A stretch of 64,000 bases of DNA, from NCBI GenBank assembly GCA_022827275.1, contig JAJDTG010000022.1:129455-193454 (forward strand). The letters run 5' to 3'. Source of the DNA: Candidatus Dadabacteria bacterium (GTDB lineage Bacteria; Desulfobacterota_D; UBA1144; Nemesobacterales; Nemesobacteraceae). The notes under the pieces were generated by a model. It had not been told where the DNA came from. It did no database searches and was given only the letters and a program-made list of their open reading frames with translations. The translations under genes were made by a program, and so were the position numbers. Positions 36,047 through 44,677 of the stretch are shown one piece after another. Every line of letters starts with the position of its first letter. The stretch's first letter is position 1.

Positions 36047-37232
36047 CAAGCGTGAGATCATTGATGCGGCGACAATTAAGGGACTCAACCCCCACATCGT
36101 CGAGAAGGACTATGTTCTTGGCTGGTTGCTGTGGGGAATATGTAATCATGAGATATTGGGTAAAAACTGGCTTTTTAAGGGCGGCACCTGTCTGAAAAAA
36201 TGCTTTTTTGAGACCTACAGGTTTTCTGAAGATCTCGATTTTACTCTTGTTGATTCCTCGCATATCGATGACGGTTTTCTTAAAATCGTGTTTGGGGAGA
36301 TATGCGAACGCGTCTATGAACAGACCGGTATCGAACTGCCATTGCATTCTCACAAGTTTGACGTTTATCAAAACCCACGTGGCGGCAAATCCTGTCAAGC
36401 CCGGATAGGGTATCAGGGACCTGTGTCGCCACGTGGCAGAAGCATGCCGAGGGTTAAGCTTGATCTCACGGCTGATGAACTCGTGGTGCTGAGCCCGATT
36501 CAGTCACAGGTCTATCATCCTTACAGCGATGCCCCGAGCGGAGGTATCACCATACGATCATATGCATACGAAGAGGCGTTCGGCGAAAAGATAAGAGCAC
36601 TTGCCGAACGGGGGCGACCTCGTGATTTGTACGATGTAATTAACCTGTTTCGCAATTCTGAGGCACGGCCTCCTGCTGCGGTATTAGATGATCTGCTCCG
36701 TCAAAAGTGCGAGTTCAAGAATCTTGATTTTCCTGTCTTCGCTCAACTTGAAATTAATAGACCTTTTCTAGAAAGCAGATGGGCGCAGATGTTATCCCAT
36801 CAGCTGCCTGCCTTGCCTCCGTTTGTAACATTCTGGGACGAGCTACCTATTTTCTTTGAGTGGCTTCACGACGGAACTTTACCGCGGATTCCCGTCGCAT
36901 ATATTGGAGATGAAGGTGAAGAGGCTATACGAGAACGCATGTTGCGCCTGCCGATTTCCGCCGTGACTCAGTCCTATATCGAAATCATCCGTTTTGCCGC
37001 TTCCAGTTTGCTTTGCGTGGATCTAGACTACGAAGGACATACAGACCGCGTTGAACCCTATTCGCTTTGCCGTACTAGTAGGGGCAATGTGATCCTTAGG
37101 GCTTACAATGTGAATAAAAACGGACACAGCAGCTATCTGGTCAGCGGTATTAAAGGAGCAAGGGTCACCGGTCAGGTTTTCAAGCCCCGTTTCGTAATTG
37201 AATTGACGCCTACCGGTCCGGCAGTTATTTAG
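36039..37232 (+). CDS. abiEii: AbiEii/AbiGii-family nucleotidyltransferase toxin (DUF1814) with extra ~100-aa WYL-like C-terminal extension
   Basis: EKDYVLGWLLWGI...LFKGGTCLKKCFFETYRFSEDLDFTL is the signature of the AbiEii NTase family. At 397 aa it is ~100 aa longer than the usual family size as I remember it. Confidence 0.88.
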   Translation: MISKREIIDAATIKGLNPHIVEKDYVLGWLLWGICNHEILGKNWLFKGGTCLKKCFFETYRFSEDLDFTLVDSSHIDDGFLKIVFGEICERVYEQTGIELPLHSHKFDVYQNPRGGKSCQARIGYQGPVSPRGRSMPRVKLDLTADELVVLSPIQSQVYHPYSDAPSGGITIRSYAYEEAFGEKIRALAERGRPRDLYDVINLFRNSEARPPAAVLDDLLRQKCEFKNLDFPVFAQLEINRPFLESRWAQMLSHQLPALPPFVTFWDELPIFFEWLHDGTLPRIPVAYIGDEGEEAIRERMLRLPISAVTQSYIEIIRFAASSLLCVDLDYEGHTDRVEPYSLCRTSRGNVILRAYNVNKNGHSSYLVSGIKGARVTGQVFKPRFVIELTPTGPAVI

Positions 37233-37268
37233 CTGATCTGAATTCAGTACGACGATGGATCCCTGTTG

Positions 37269-37310
37269 CTAGTCGTCATGTTTTCTTCCTAGGTAGCTTT
37301 TCACGACGAA
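37269..37310. repeat. Right copy of 42-bp direct repeat (contains the real lnt end and a relic hisC end)
   Basis: CTAGTCGTCATGTTTTCTTCCTAGGTAGCTTTTCACGACGAA. The plus strand still reads LVVMFSS-stop, versus LVSIFSS-stop in the real hisC. Confidence 0.85.
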
Positions 37311-38852
37311 GAGAATTGTCACAGCAAGTGCTATCCACGCGAAGATGTCTCCCACCCTTGAGTAGAGAGTTTCAAGCGAATCGATCAGAACTACCTCTCC
37401 CTTCAGATTCTCCGTAGTGAATATGCCCGTGCGGGCCTCTATCTTTCCGGTAGGAGATACGATCGCGCTTACCCCGCTGTTTGTTGATCTTACCAGGTAA
37501 CGCCGCGTTTCAATCGCCCTCGGAATTGAGAGGAGCAGATGCTGGTAGGGAGCGATACTCCTTCCGAACCACGCGTCGTTTGTTAGGTTAACGAGGAGAT
37601 TGGCTCCCATTTCCACGTAGTCCCTCGAAATCTTCGCCACTATGTCCTCATAGCATATAAGGGGCCCTATCCTCATATTCTTTCCAGGAATCTTAAGCAC
37701 CCTGAGACCTTCCCCCGGGGTGAGGTCTCCCATCATGGGGAAGACCCTTTTCAGGAACTTAAGCTCCTCGTTTATCCAGGGAAAATATTCGCCCAGAAGA
37801 AAAAGCCGAGTCTTGCTGTAGTGGCCGAGGATATCACTTTGAGAATTGACCAGGAAGGCCGTGTTGTATTTTTTGTGGTCCTCTTCATCCCAGCCGTCCT
37901 CAAGCAGAGCAGGGTCTTGGGTAAAGGAAAGTCCTCCGATGAGGAAGTGCGCTGCGTGCCCCGTCGGCACTATGTCTGTTTGGTCTTCGATTCTGTATGA
38001 GGATTTGTCTTTGGGAAACCAGGACTGAACCGATGTCTCCGGCCAGATCACGAGGTCTGCCCCCGGAAGTCTTCGCGACATCTCCCTGTGTTTTTCCGTT
38101 ATGATTGGTTCGTTGTCGAGGTTCTTTTCCGCGTAATCAAAATTTGCCTGAACCATCCCGATTTTCACCCGGGGCTCTGTCTTAAGGAAATTCTCAATTT
38201 CGTTTATTCTGAAGGATCCGTAGCCGAGCACAATTGCGATTGTGGCAATAGAGATCGCGGGTGTGGCAAGCGCAGGCTTTTTTCTCCGCCGCAAGTCGTC
38301 AACGAGGTAGAAGACCGATACATTTGCAAAAAACATCAGGAACCCCAGAAAATTTATCCCGAGCGTATCGACCACTTGTATTACCTTCGGATAGTACCCC
38401 TGGGAGACTCCTATTCCGTAGGGAAAGAGAACCGGAAAGAAAAATTCTGTGACCACCCAGGCAAAGGAAATCATGAGCGCGTTTGGGACACTTTTTCCTC
38501 GGCAGAGTCCAAACCTCGATATATACCAAGTGAAAATTCCGAATTGAAGTGATGAGTACACACAAAACAGGAACACAGCCGCCATGCTTGGGACCAAAGG
38601 GATTTCCCCGAACCTGTTGAGAGTTCCGACGAGCCAGTAAAGCGAGACGAGATTCATGGATGTCCCGGATATCATGCCTAGACGAAGCGACTGCGAAGCG
38701 CTTTTTCCCTGAAGCGCCAAAAGCATTGGGGCAAAGCATACCCAGCCCAGCACGCCGAGAGTGCTTGAAAAAAGGGATGCGGAAAAAAGAACCCCGGACA
38801 GTGCGGCTAGGATTTCGTTTCCGGTCGGCTTGGTTATCCGGATCGTTTTCAT
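37269..38852 (-). CDS. lnt: Apolipoprotein N-acyltransferase
   Basis: Multi-TM N-terminal part plus CN-hydrolase domain (WPETS, ICYEDIV, NLTNDAWFG). I prefer the ATG at 38852 (MKTIRITK...), 22 nt after the lgt stop. The track start at 38927 would overlap lgt. Confidence 0.9.
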   Translation of the reverse strand: MKTIRITKPTGNEILAALSGVLFSASLFSSTLGVLGWVCFAPMLLALQGKSASQSLRLGMISGTSMNLVSLYWLVGTLNRFGEIPLVPSMAAVFLFCVYSSLQFGIFTWYISRFGLCRGKSVPNALMISFAWVVTEFFFPVLFPYGIGVSQGYYPKVIQVVDTLGINFLGFLMFFANVSVFYLVDDLRRRKKPALATPAISIATIAIVLGYGSFRINEIENFLKTEPRVKIGMVQANFDYAEKNLDNEPIITEKHREMSRRLPGADLVIWPETSVQSWFPKDKSSYRIEDQTDIVPTGHAAHFLIGGLSFTQDPALLEDGWDEEDHKKYNTAFLVNSQSDILGHYSKTRLFLLGEYFPWINEELKFLKRVFPMMGDLTPGEGLRVLKIPGKNMRIGPLICYEDIVAKISRDYVEMGANLLVNLTNDAWFGRSIAPYQHLLLSIPRAIETRRYLVRSTNSGVSAIVSPTGKIEARTGIFTTENLKGEVVLIDSLETLYSRVGDIFAWIALAVTILFVVKSYLGRKHDD

Positions 38853-38874
38853 GCGTAGCTGCGAAATTGCGGGT

Positions 38875-39633
38875 TCAAGACGCTTCGTTGTGTTTGCGCA
38901 GAGATATGTATTTAAGCGCTCCAACAAGAATCAGTGCAAGCGCCATTATCTGCGCCACCGAAAGGCCGGATATCGGGCTTTCAGTGGTGTTTCTTATGAA
39001 CTCGACAAAGAACCTTTCAAGACCCGCTAGTCCCAGATATATGCTGGCGAGCCAGCCAATAGGCTTGTCCTTCTTCCTTATCTTCCACAGTGCTAAGAAC
39101 ACAAACGACATTATGATCGTTTCATAAATCTGAGTCGGATGAACCGCCTCAAGTGTTGGGGGGGAACCCTTCGGAAACGGCATCGCCCAAGGGAGTGTGG
39201 AGGCGATTCCGTAATCGTCTCCAACTAGAAGACAGCCGACCCTTCCAGTCGCGTAGGCTATCGCAAGAGCCGGGGCGGTAGCGTCAAGAACTTTCCAGAA
39301 ACTTTCTTTATGTTTTTTTGTTATTACGAAAGAGGCAAAGAGAGCCAGAAAAAGTCCCCCGTAGAAAGTAAGACCGCCCCTTAGAAGGAGATAGTGCATG
39401 GGGTAGGAGACAAGGTCGCTTAGGGGAACGTTCTCGATCAGGAAAAGGAGCTTGGCGCCCAGTATTCCTCCAACGAGAGCGGCGAGAAAAATGTGTTCGT
39501 GAAGTCGCCTGGACATTCCTTTTCTTTCAAATTCCATCCCGGAAATCCAGAAAGCGACAAGAAAAGAGATGGCGACCATCGCCCCGAAGGATGTAATATG
39601 AAAATCGCCTATTCTGAGAAGTTCGGGGAACAT
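38875..39633 (-). CDS. lgt: Prolipoprotein diacylglyceryl transferase
   Basis: 252 aa. MFPELLRIGDFHITSFGAMVAISF..., GRVGCLLVGDDYG, HPTQIYE motifs. Confidence 0.93.
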   Translation of the reverse strand: MFPELLRIGDFHITSFGAMVAISFLVAFWISGMEFERKGMSRRLHEHIFLAALVGGILGAKLLFLIENVPLSDLVSYPMHYLLLRGGLTFYGGLFLALFASFVITKKHKESFWKVLDATAPALAIAYATGRVGCLLVGDDYGIASTLPWAMPFPKGSPPTLEAVHPTQIYETIIMSFVFLALWKIRKKDKPIGWLASIYLGLAGLERFFVEFIRNTTESPISGLSVAQIMALALILVGALKYISLRKHNEAS

Positions 39634-39762
39634 TTATTTCTTCTCTCTTCCGGGTTTAAGTTCTTTCTCCGCTTTGGAATTCGATCTTACGAGAAGAAAT
39701 ATGGACAAAAAAAGAGCTGTGCAGAGGATTATCTGAATCAGCAGGTTGGTTTTCATTTCCAT
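39634..39762 (-). CDS. Candidate 42-aa single-TM protein directly abutting the lgt start (below the ORF-track cutoff)
   Basis: The minus strand has AAGAGGAAG SD, 9 nt, then ATG at 39762. Translation is MEMKTNLLIQIILCTALFLSIFLLVRSNSKAEKELKPGREKK. Its TAA stop (39634-39636) is immediately followed by the lgt ATG. Confidence 0.45.
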   Translation of the reverse strand: MEMKTNLLIQIILCTALFLSIFLLVRSNSKAEKELKPGREKK

Positions 39763-39877
39763 GTTAAAGGACTTCCTCTTGGCTGGGCGATGACAATTTT
39801 AACGAACAGTTAAGGAAAATAAAAGTGCTGGTGCATGCTTGAATAACCTCCGCAAGCCGGTAAATTAGTCGGCTAAT

Positions 39878-40474
39878 ATGCTTCAGTCACCGGTGCTGGT
39901 TTTGAATAGGTTTTTCGTCCCTGTCTCGGTAACGAGTCTGAAAAGGGCCTTTATCCTTCTTTACGGTGGTGCTGCAAAGGCTGTAAACAGGGAGTATGAG
40001 ACCTTCGACTTCGATTCGTGGAAGGATATACGTTCGGTCGACGCTGACGACTGCGTAAGGACCGTTACCAACGTTATAAAAGCTCCCCGGGTGATAATCC
40101 TCGTTAGGTATGAGGGGTATCACAGAAAACAGCCTAAGTTCAACAGGATAAACATTTTCAGAAGGGACGCGGACACATGCCAGTACTGCGCGAAGGCTTT
40201 TCCGAAAAGAGATCTTACCCTTGACCATGTGATTCCGCGGTCGATGGGCGGAAGAAGCACTTGGGACAATATAGTGTGCTGTTGCGTTAAGTGCAACAGA
40301 AAAAAGGGAGGAAAGACCCCCGAGCAGGCGAACATGAGACTGCTTGCCAAACCTGTGAAGCCTGCTGCCAGTATTTTTTCCAACCTCCATTTCAAAACCG
40401 TGAGGTATGAGGAGTGGGAGCCTTTTCTGAACTTTGTCGATATGTCTTACTGGAACGTTGAACTGATTGACTGA
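39878..40474 (+). CDS. Stand-alone HNH endonuclease-family protein
   Basis: 198 aa. CQYCAK...LTLDHVIPRSMGGRSTWDNIVCCCVKCNRKKG is an HNH motif with CxxC pairs. Confidence 0.85.
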   Translation: MLQSPVLVLNRFFVPVSVTSLKRAFILLYGGAAKAVNREYETFDFDSWKDIRSVDADDCVRTVTNVIKAPRVIILVRYEGYHRKQPKFNRINIFRRDADTCQYCAKAFPKRDLTLDHVIPRSMGGRSTWDNIVCCCVKCNRKKGGKTPEQANMRLLAKPVKPAASIFSNLHFKTVRYEEWEPFLNFVDMSYWNVELID

Positions 40475-40550
40475 GGGCTTGTCTCAGGACGTGCTTCTGT
40501 TACAAGATCATTGTCCGTCCGCAGCCTCGGGACTTGGAAAGAAAAAGAAG

Positions 40551-41816
40551 ATGAGATCAGCGCTTGCGGTTTTCTTTACGCTCTTGTTTATTCCCTGCTT
40601 GGCGACCGCGCAGATACAGCTTCCCCCGGTTGCTTCTCCGATAAAAAAAATACCGATTGCCGTCGCGGTGCTTAAGGCCAAGGGGGATTTAAGCGTATAC
40701 GGGAAGAATTTCACTGATGTCCTGAAGAGCGATCTTACCAACGCGGCCCTCTTTGATGTCCGTCAAGTGAACATCCTGTTTTCATCCTCCTTTGAAGATA
40801 TAGATTTCGAATATTTAGATGCCCAGAAAACCAGATATCTGGTGAGCGGAAATTTCGATGTCTCGCCTCGGGAGGTCTCTTACAATCTCATAGTTTACGA
40901 TGTACCCAGCAGGCAGGAGCGCATGAGAAAGAGATACGTGGCATCTCCGCGCCACATAAGGAACGTGGTGCACAAGTTTGCAGGTGAACTTATGAGGGAG
41001 CTTGCCGGCCTCGACGGATTTTTTGACTCCGAGATAGTGTTTGTCAGGAGGGACGGTCATGGAAGTGATCTCTTTATCATGGATTACGACGGACATAATA
41101 CAAAAAGGCTTACCAATCACGGCTCTTCAGTTCTCTCTCCTGACTGTTCGCCTGACGGAAGTCAAGTGGTTTTCACTTCGGACAGAAGCTGGGACCATGA
41201 TGTCTACTTGCTGAATTTCAAGGCCACCCGCCTTCCCGCCGAGGGCAAGAGAATAACCCGGGGAATTCATCTCGACAATTCTCCGAGCTGGTCCCCAGAT
41301 GGTAAGCGTGTGGCGTTTAGCCGTAATGGAGACATATACATAGCTTCGTCCTCGGGGGAAATGCTCAAGCGACTTACCAAGTCCCCTTCAATAGATATTT
41401 CCCCAACTTGGTCTCCCGACAGCAGAAAAATTGCCTTTGTCTCAGATCGGGCGGGAGCGCCGAACATATATGTGATAAGTTCCGAGGGTGGGCGAGCGGT
41501 AAGAATTACCTCGGAGGGTTACAATACCGACCCGGTTTGGTCTCCAAGCCCTTCGGTTAACCGTATAGTGTTTGTGAAAGTAAAAAAATCCGAGGCCGAC
41601 ATCTACTCCGTAGGACCTGACGGCCGGGGTCAGCAGAGGCTTACCTCTTCGGGAAGAAACGAGCATCCCTCGTGGTCTCCCGATGGCCACTACATCACTT
41701 TTTCTTCAAAGAGACTGGGGAAAAGGCAGATATACATCATGTACTTAAACGGTGAGAACAAGCTTCCGCTTTCCCGGGGCAAAAATGATTCGTTTTCCAC
41801 TTGGTGCGTGAAGTAG
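40551..41816 (+). CDS. TolB-like periplasmic beta-propeller protein
   Basis: Signal peptide from ATG 40551 (MRSALAVFFTLLFIPCLATAQ). Repeated P.WSPDG blades (PSWSPDGKRVAF, PTWSPDSRKIAF, PSWSPDGHYITF). No pal gene adjacent. Confidence 0.8.
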   Translation: MRSALAVFFTLLFIPCLATAQIQLPPVASPIKKIPIAVAVLKAKGDLSVYGKNFTDVLKSDLTNAALFDVRQVNILFSSSFEDIDFEYLDAQKTRYLVSGNFDVSPREVSYNLIVYDVPSRQERMRKRYVASPRHIRNVVHKFAGELMRELAGLDGFFDSEIVFVRRDGHGSDLFIMDYDGHNTKRLTNHGSSVLSPDCSPDGSQVVFTSDRSWDHDVYLLNFKATRLPAEGKRITRGIHLDNSPSWSPDGKRVAFSRNGDIYIASSSGEMLKRLTKSPSIDISPTWSPDSRKIAFVSDRAGAPNIYVISSEGGRAVRITSEGYNTDPVWSPSPSVNRIVFVKVKKSEADIYSVGPDGRGQQRLTSSGRNEHPSWSPDGHYITFSSKRLGKRQIYIMYLNGENKLPLSRGKNDSFSTWCVK

Positions 41817-41836
41817 CGGATGGGGAGGCTCTGCTC

Positions 41837-42382
41837 TTGAGACTTTTTATCGCGGCCTTTCTTCCAGAGGAAACAAAAGACGTGCTTTTTCGCTACGCTC
41901 AGTCGCTCAGGAGTTTTCTTCGAGGCGTAAGGTGGGAGCCGAGAGAGAAACTCCACGTCACGCTCAGGTTTCTTGGAGATGTTGATGAGTCGTGCCTTGA
42001 GGGTATATCAGCCGATGTGGGTTCCGCGGTTTGCGGCTCGGGGGGTGTTAAGTCTGGATTTGACGATTTCTACCTGTTTCCGGGCTCAAGAAATCCCAGA
42101 GTGTTGGCCTTAGGCCTTGTGAAAAGCGAGCAGTTCCAGTTTCTTTTTGACAAAGTGCAGAGTACGGTCCTGCGGAACGGGTTTGAGATGGAGAAAAGAA
42201 AATTCATTCCGCACGTGACTCTGGGTAGGATCAGGGGGGATTTCGAGGGAATCAGAAAAATTCCTCGGCCAGACGGAACGGAGTTCTCCATTACAAGAAT
42301 CGGGATTATTCAAAGTGAGCTTGGACCCCGGGGGTCCCGCTACACCAGCCTCAGGACGTGGAATCTTCAGGGTGGCATTTGA
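41837..42382 (+). CDS. thpR: RNA 2',3'-cyclic phosphodiesterase (2H / LigT family)
   Basis: Two HxT motifs (LHVTLRFLG and PHVTLGRI). TTG at 41837 (MRLFIAAFLP...) is preceded by GGGGAGG. The track start at 41801 overlaps the previous gene. Confidence 0.82.
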   Translation: MRLFIAAFLPEETKDVLFRYAQSLRSFLRGVRWEPREKLHVTLRFLGDVDESCLEGISADVGSAVCGSGGVKSGFDDFYLFPGSRNPRVLALGLVKSEQFQFLFDKVQSTVLRNGFEMEKRKFIPHVTLGRIRGDFEGIRKIPRPDGTEFSITRIGIIQSELGPRGSRYTSLRTWNLQGGI

Positions 42383-42436
42383 CAAAAGAATTTTTTAACA
42401 GGCAAAATAGTGCTTCCATAAAGTGCGGAGGATGTT

Positions 42437-42751
42437 ATGCACGCTGTTATAAAAACCGGTGGAAAACAGTATATAGTCAAGCCGGGTGACATTATTGATA
42501 TAGAAAAAATCTCCGGCGAACCCGGCGAAGAGGTAAACTTCGAGGAAGTTCTGCTTGTGTCCGCTGACGGAGAGGACATTAAGGTGGGCAGCCCTGTTGT
42601 TGAAAGTGCCAGGGTTGAGGGTAGAATAGTAAGACAGAAAAAGGGCGAGAAGATAGTAGTCTTCAAGTTCAAAAGAAGGAAAGGGTACAGGAAAAAGGCG
42701 GGCCATCGCCAGAACCTGACCAGCGTTGAAATTACGAGCATAAGCGCTTGA
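42437..42751 (+). CDS. rplU: 50S ribosomal protein L21
   Basis: [18 protein letters not shown]..., 104 aa. Confidence 0.96.
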   Translation: MHAVIKTGGKQYIVKPGDIIDIEKISGEPGEEVNFEEVLLVSADGEDIKVGSPVVESARVEGRIVRQKKGEKIVVFKFKRRKGYRKKAGHRQNLTSVEITSISA

Positions 42752-42770
42752 TTCGCGGAGGCGAGTAAGC

Positions 42771-43025
42771 ATGTCAACCAAAAAAGGCGGCGGAAGTTCC
42801 AAAAACGGAAGGGATTCAATAGGCAGGAGGCTTGGCGTAAAGAAATTCGGAGGCCAGCCGGTTGTCAAAGGGAACATAATAGTAAGGCAGCGTGGTACCA
42901 GCATTAAGCCTGGTCTGAACGTGGGGCTTGGAAAGGATTACACGATATTCGCAATGTCTGACGGGGTTGTGAAATTTCAGAAATCCGGAAAGGGCAGAAC
43001 AAAGGTTTCCGTAGTTCCCGCCTGA
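42771..43025 (+). CDS. rpmA: 50S ribosomal protein L27
   Basis: [28 protein letters not shown]..., 84 aa. Confidence 0.96.
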   Translation: MSTKKGGGSSKNGRDSIGRRLGVKKFGGQPVVKGNIIVRQRGTSIKPGLNVGLGKDYTIFAMSDGVVKFQKSGKGRTKVSVVPA

Positions 43026-43126
43026 GCGACCCCCCGTAAAACTAGTTTTTTGTTTTTCTCCTATTATAATTATTGATACCTTTACCGGCATGTTGTCCTT
43101 CTGGATAAGTTAGGCGGAAATTTACC

Positions 43127-44545
43127 TTGAGTCCTTTGAAAAACCGGAAAAAATCTTTCAATCTAGTTCCATTCTTTCCCGTATTTATTCTCTGTCTCCT
43201 GCTTTCATTTCTGGCGGTTTTCACTTTCCAGTATTTTTATTTCCCGGAAAGATACGCCGACCTCAGAGTTGCGGAGATGGAAGAAGTGTTCGGCGAGGAG
43301 GAGTTTTTCGCCGACCGCGCAAGAAGCGTTCTTGATACCAGAAATGATGTAGGATACGTAAGGCTCCTTGATCATAACGGGGTGCTTGAGAAGAGTTTCG
43401 GTTTTCAGGATGACAAGGGTTTTGAGAAGTTCACCCTTAAGGGACCTGAGGGAAAGACTGTCCTCTTGGGGCTGAGAAGTTCCGTCGGTGAGAAGTTCTA
43501 CCTTGACGCTTTGCTCTGGAGTCTCATTTTCGCTTCCCTGATAGCAGTTATTTTCACCTTTCTAATACGCTTTATAAGTGATCGGGCATTCCGATTCCTA
43601 GGAGAATTCTCTGAAGCTGTAAGCTCTGTTGCCAGCGGAGATTATTCGGTTCGTCTGGATGGACGATCTTCGCTCATTGCGGGGGCAGGGGTTCAGTGGC
43701 TCTGCCGTGAATTCAACGAAATGACCTCTTCGCTTGAAGGCGGGTCAGCCGACCGGGACGACACGGGAGATTCGGCAGAGGTGGATTTTGACCGTTCGGA
43801 TGAACTGCCGACGGATTTCCGGCCGAAGATAGTCTTAAGCCAGGAGCAATCTTCTGATGCTTCTCCATTTGAGGCTCCCGAAGATCCGTTTGATGAGGGT
43901 CTGGTGGAAATCGTGCATGTTGAAGAAGAGGATGCCGAACCTGAACAAGAAGCTCCCTCCGCCGTTACCGAAACTGCGGATTCCGAGGGAAAGAAGACAG
44001 ATATCAGCATACTCGTCGTAAAGATCGCGGATTTTGAAACCCTGATAGAAGATGTTTCGCCATCCAGTGTCAACTCTCTTACGGCCGATTACAGAAAATC
44101 CGTTTCAACCACTATAGCCTCCTTTGGAGGAACGGTAGAGGCCATACTTCGCGATGAGGTCGTGGCTTTTTTCACTAACCCCGATCCCGGACCCGCTGCA
44201 AAGCTTAACTGCGTATGCTGCGCGGTTGAGATGATGCAGCTTTTCGCCGGGGTGGTTGATGGTCAGAAAGTATCTGCCCGGTCGGATATAAAGCTTAAGA
44301 TGGGCATTTCCTCGGCTGATTTGCCGGTGTCAGATGAATCGGATGTTTTCGCGCTTGCAAAACCCTTTGTGGACGAGGCCAAGGCTCTTTGCAATGGAGC
44401 GAGGGCTTGGAGCGTATTTGTTACGACCGGTTTCCGCGAGGGCGCGAGCGATTATCTCGAAGTGAGACGTGAAAAGGTCGATGGAAATCTCTGTTACGCC
44501 ATTACCGGGGTTGAGGAAGAAGCGCTGCAGCGGGCCGGAAGATAG
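43127..44545 (+). CDS. Membrane protein with HAMP-like linker, long acidic spacer and class III nucleotidyl-cyclase-like C-terminal domain
   Basis: Two TM segments, HAMP-like FISDRAFRFLGEFSEAVSSVASGDYSVRL, and a D/E-rich ~90-aa spacer. The cyclase-like core (ILVVKIADFETL...EAILRDEVVAFF...LKMGIS) keeps both candidate metal Asp. TTG start. Confidence 0.5.
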   Translation: MSPLKNRKKSFNLVPFFPVFILCLLLSFLAVFTFQYFYFPERYADLRVAEMEEVFGEEEFFADRARSVLDTRNDVGYVRLLDHNGVLEKSFGFQDDKGFEKFTLKGPEGKTVLLGLRSSVGEKFYLDALLWSLIFASLIAVIFTFLIRFISDRAFRFLGEFSEAVSSVASGDYSVRLDGRSSLIAGAGVQWLCREFNEMTSSLEGGSADRDDTGDSAEVDFDRSDELPTDFRPKIVLSQEQSSDASPFEAPEDPFDEGLVEIVHVEEEDAEPEQEAPSAVTETADSEGKKTDISILVVKIADFETLIEDVSPSSVNSLTADYRKSVSTTIASFGGTVEAILRDEVVAFFTNPDPGPAAKLNCVCCAVEMMQLFAGVVDGQKVSARSDIKLKMGISSADLPVSDESDVFALAKPFVDEAKALCNGARAWSVFVTTGFREGASDYLEVRREKVDGNLCYAITGVEEEALQRAGR

Positions 44546-44677
44546 CGTTCTTTCCTTGCTTCGTTCCGCTCTTTCAATTCAGTTTTCTACCATTCCTGTT
44601 ATATTTTCTCATCCGGGCTGAACAACCGGTTTTGCAGACGGTTGGGGTTTACCCTTTTGCATCCCGGGGGTTGCTAG

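Larger units (their letters stand above)
34996..37310. mobile_element. 2.27-kb AbiE (type IV toxin-antitoxin / abortive infection) insertion bracketed by a duplicated 42-bp target segment
   Basis: Two-gene cargo flanked by 42-bp direct repeats (37/42 identical). The repeats duplicate the overlapping 3' ends of hisC and lnt. No recombinase gene inside. Confidence 0.75.

Noticed and set aside
37846-39127. Several plus-strand ORFs (60-155 aa) across lnt and lgt
   Set aside because: They are antisense to lnt and lgt, both supported by family motifs. They have no RBS and implausible sequences.
39493-39813. 106-aa plus-strand ORF spanning the lgt start and upstream gap
   Set aside because: It overlaps lgt antisense and has no SD. 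The minus-strand 42-aa ORF, with its SD and stop-start abutment to lgt, explains the gap better.
44546-44677. T-box leader or autoregulatory palindrome upstream of alaS
   Set aside because: The leader is only ~130 nt, too short for a T-box, and lacks the T-box consensus. One hairpin (CAACCG-10 nt-CGGTTG) alone is not evidence.
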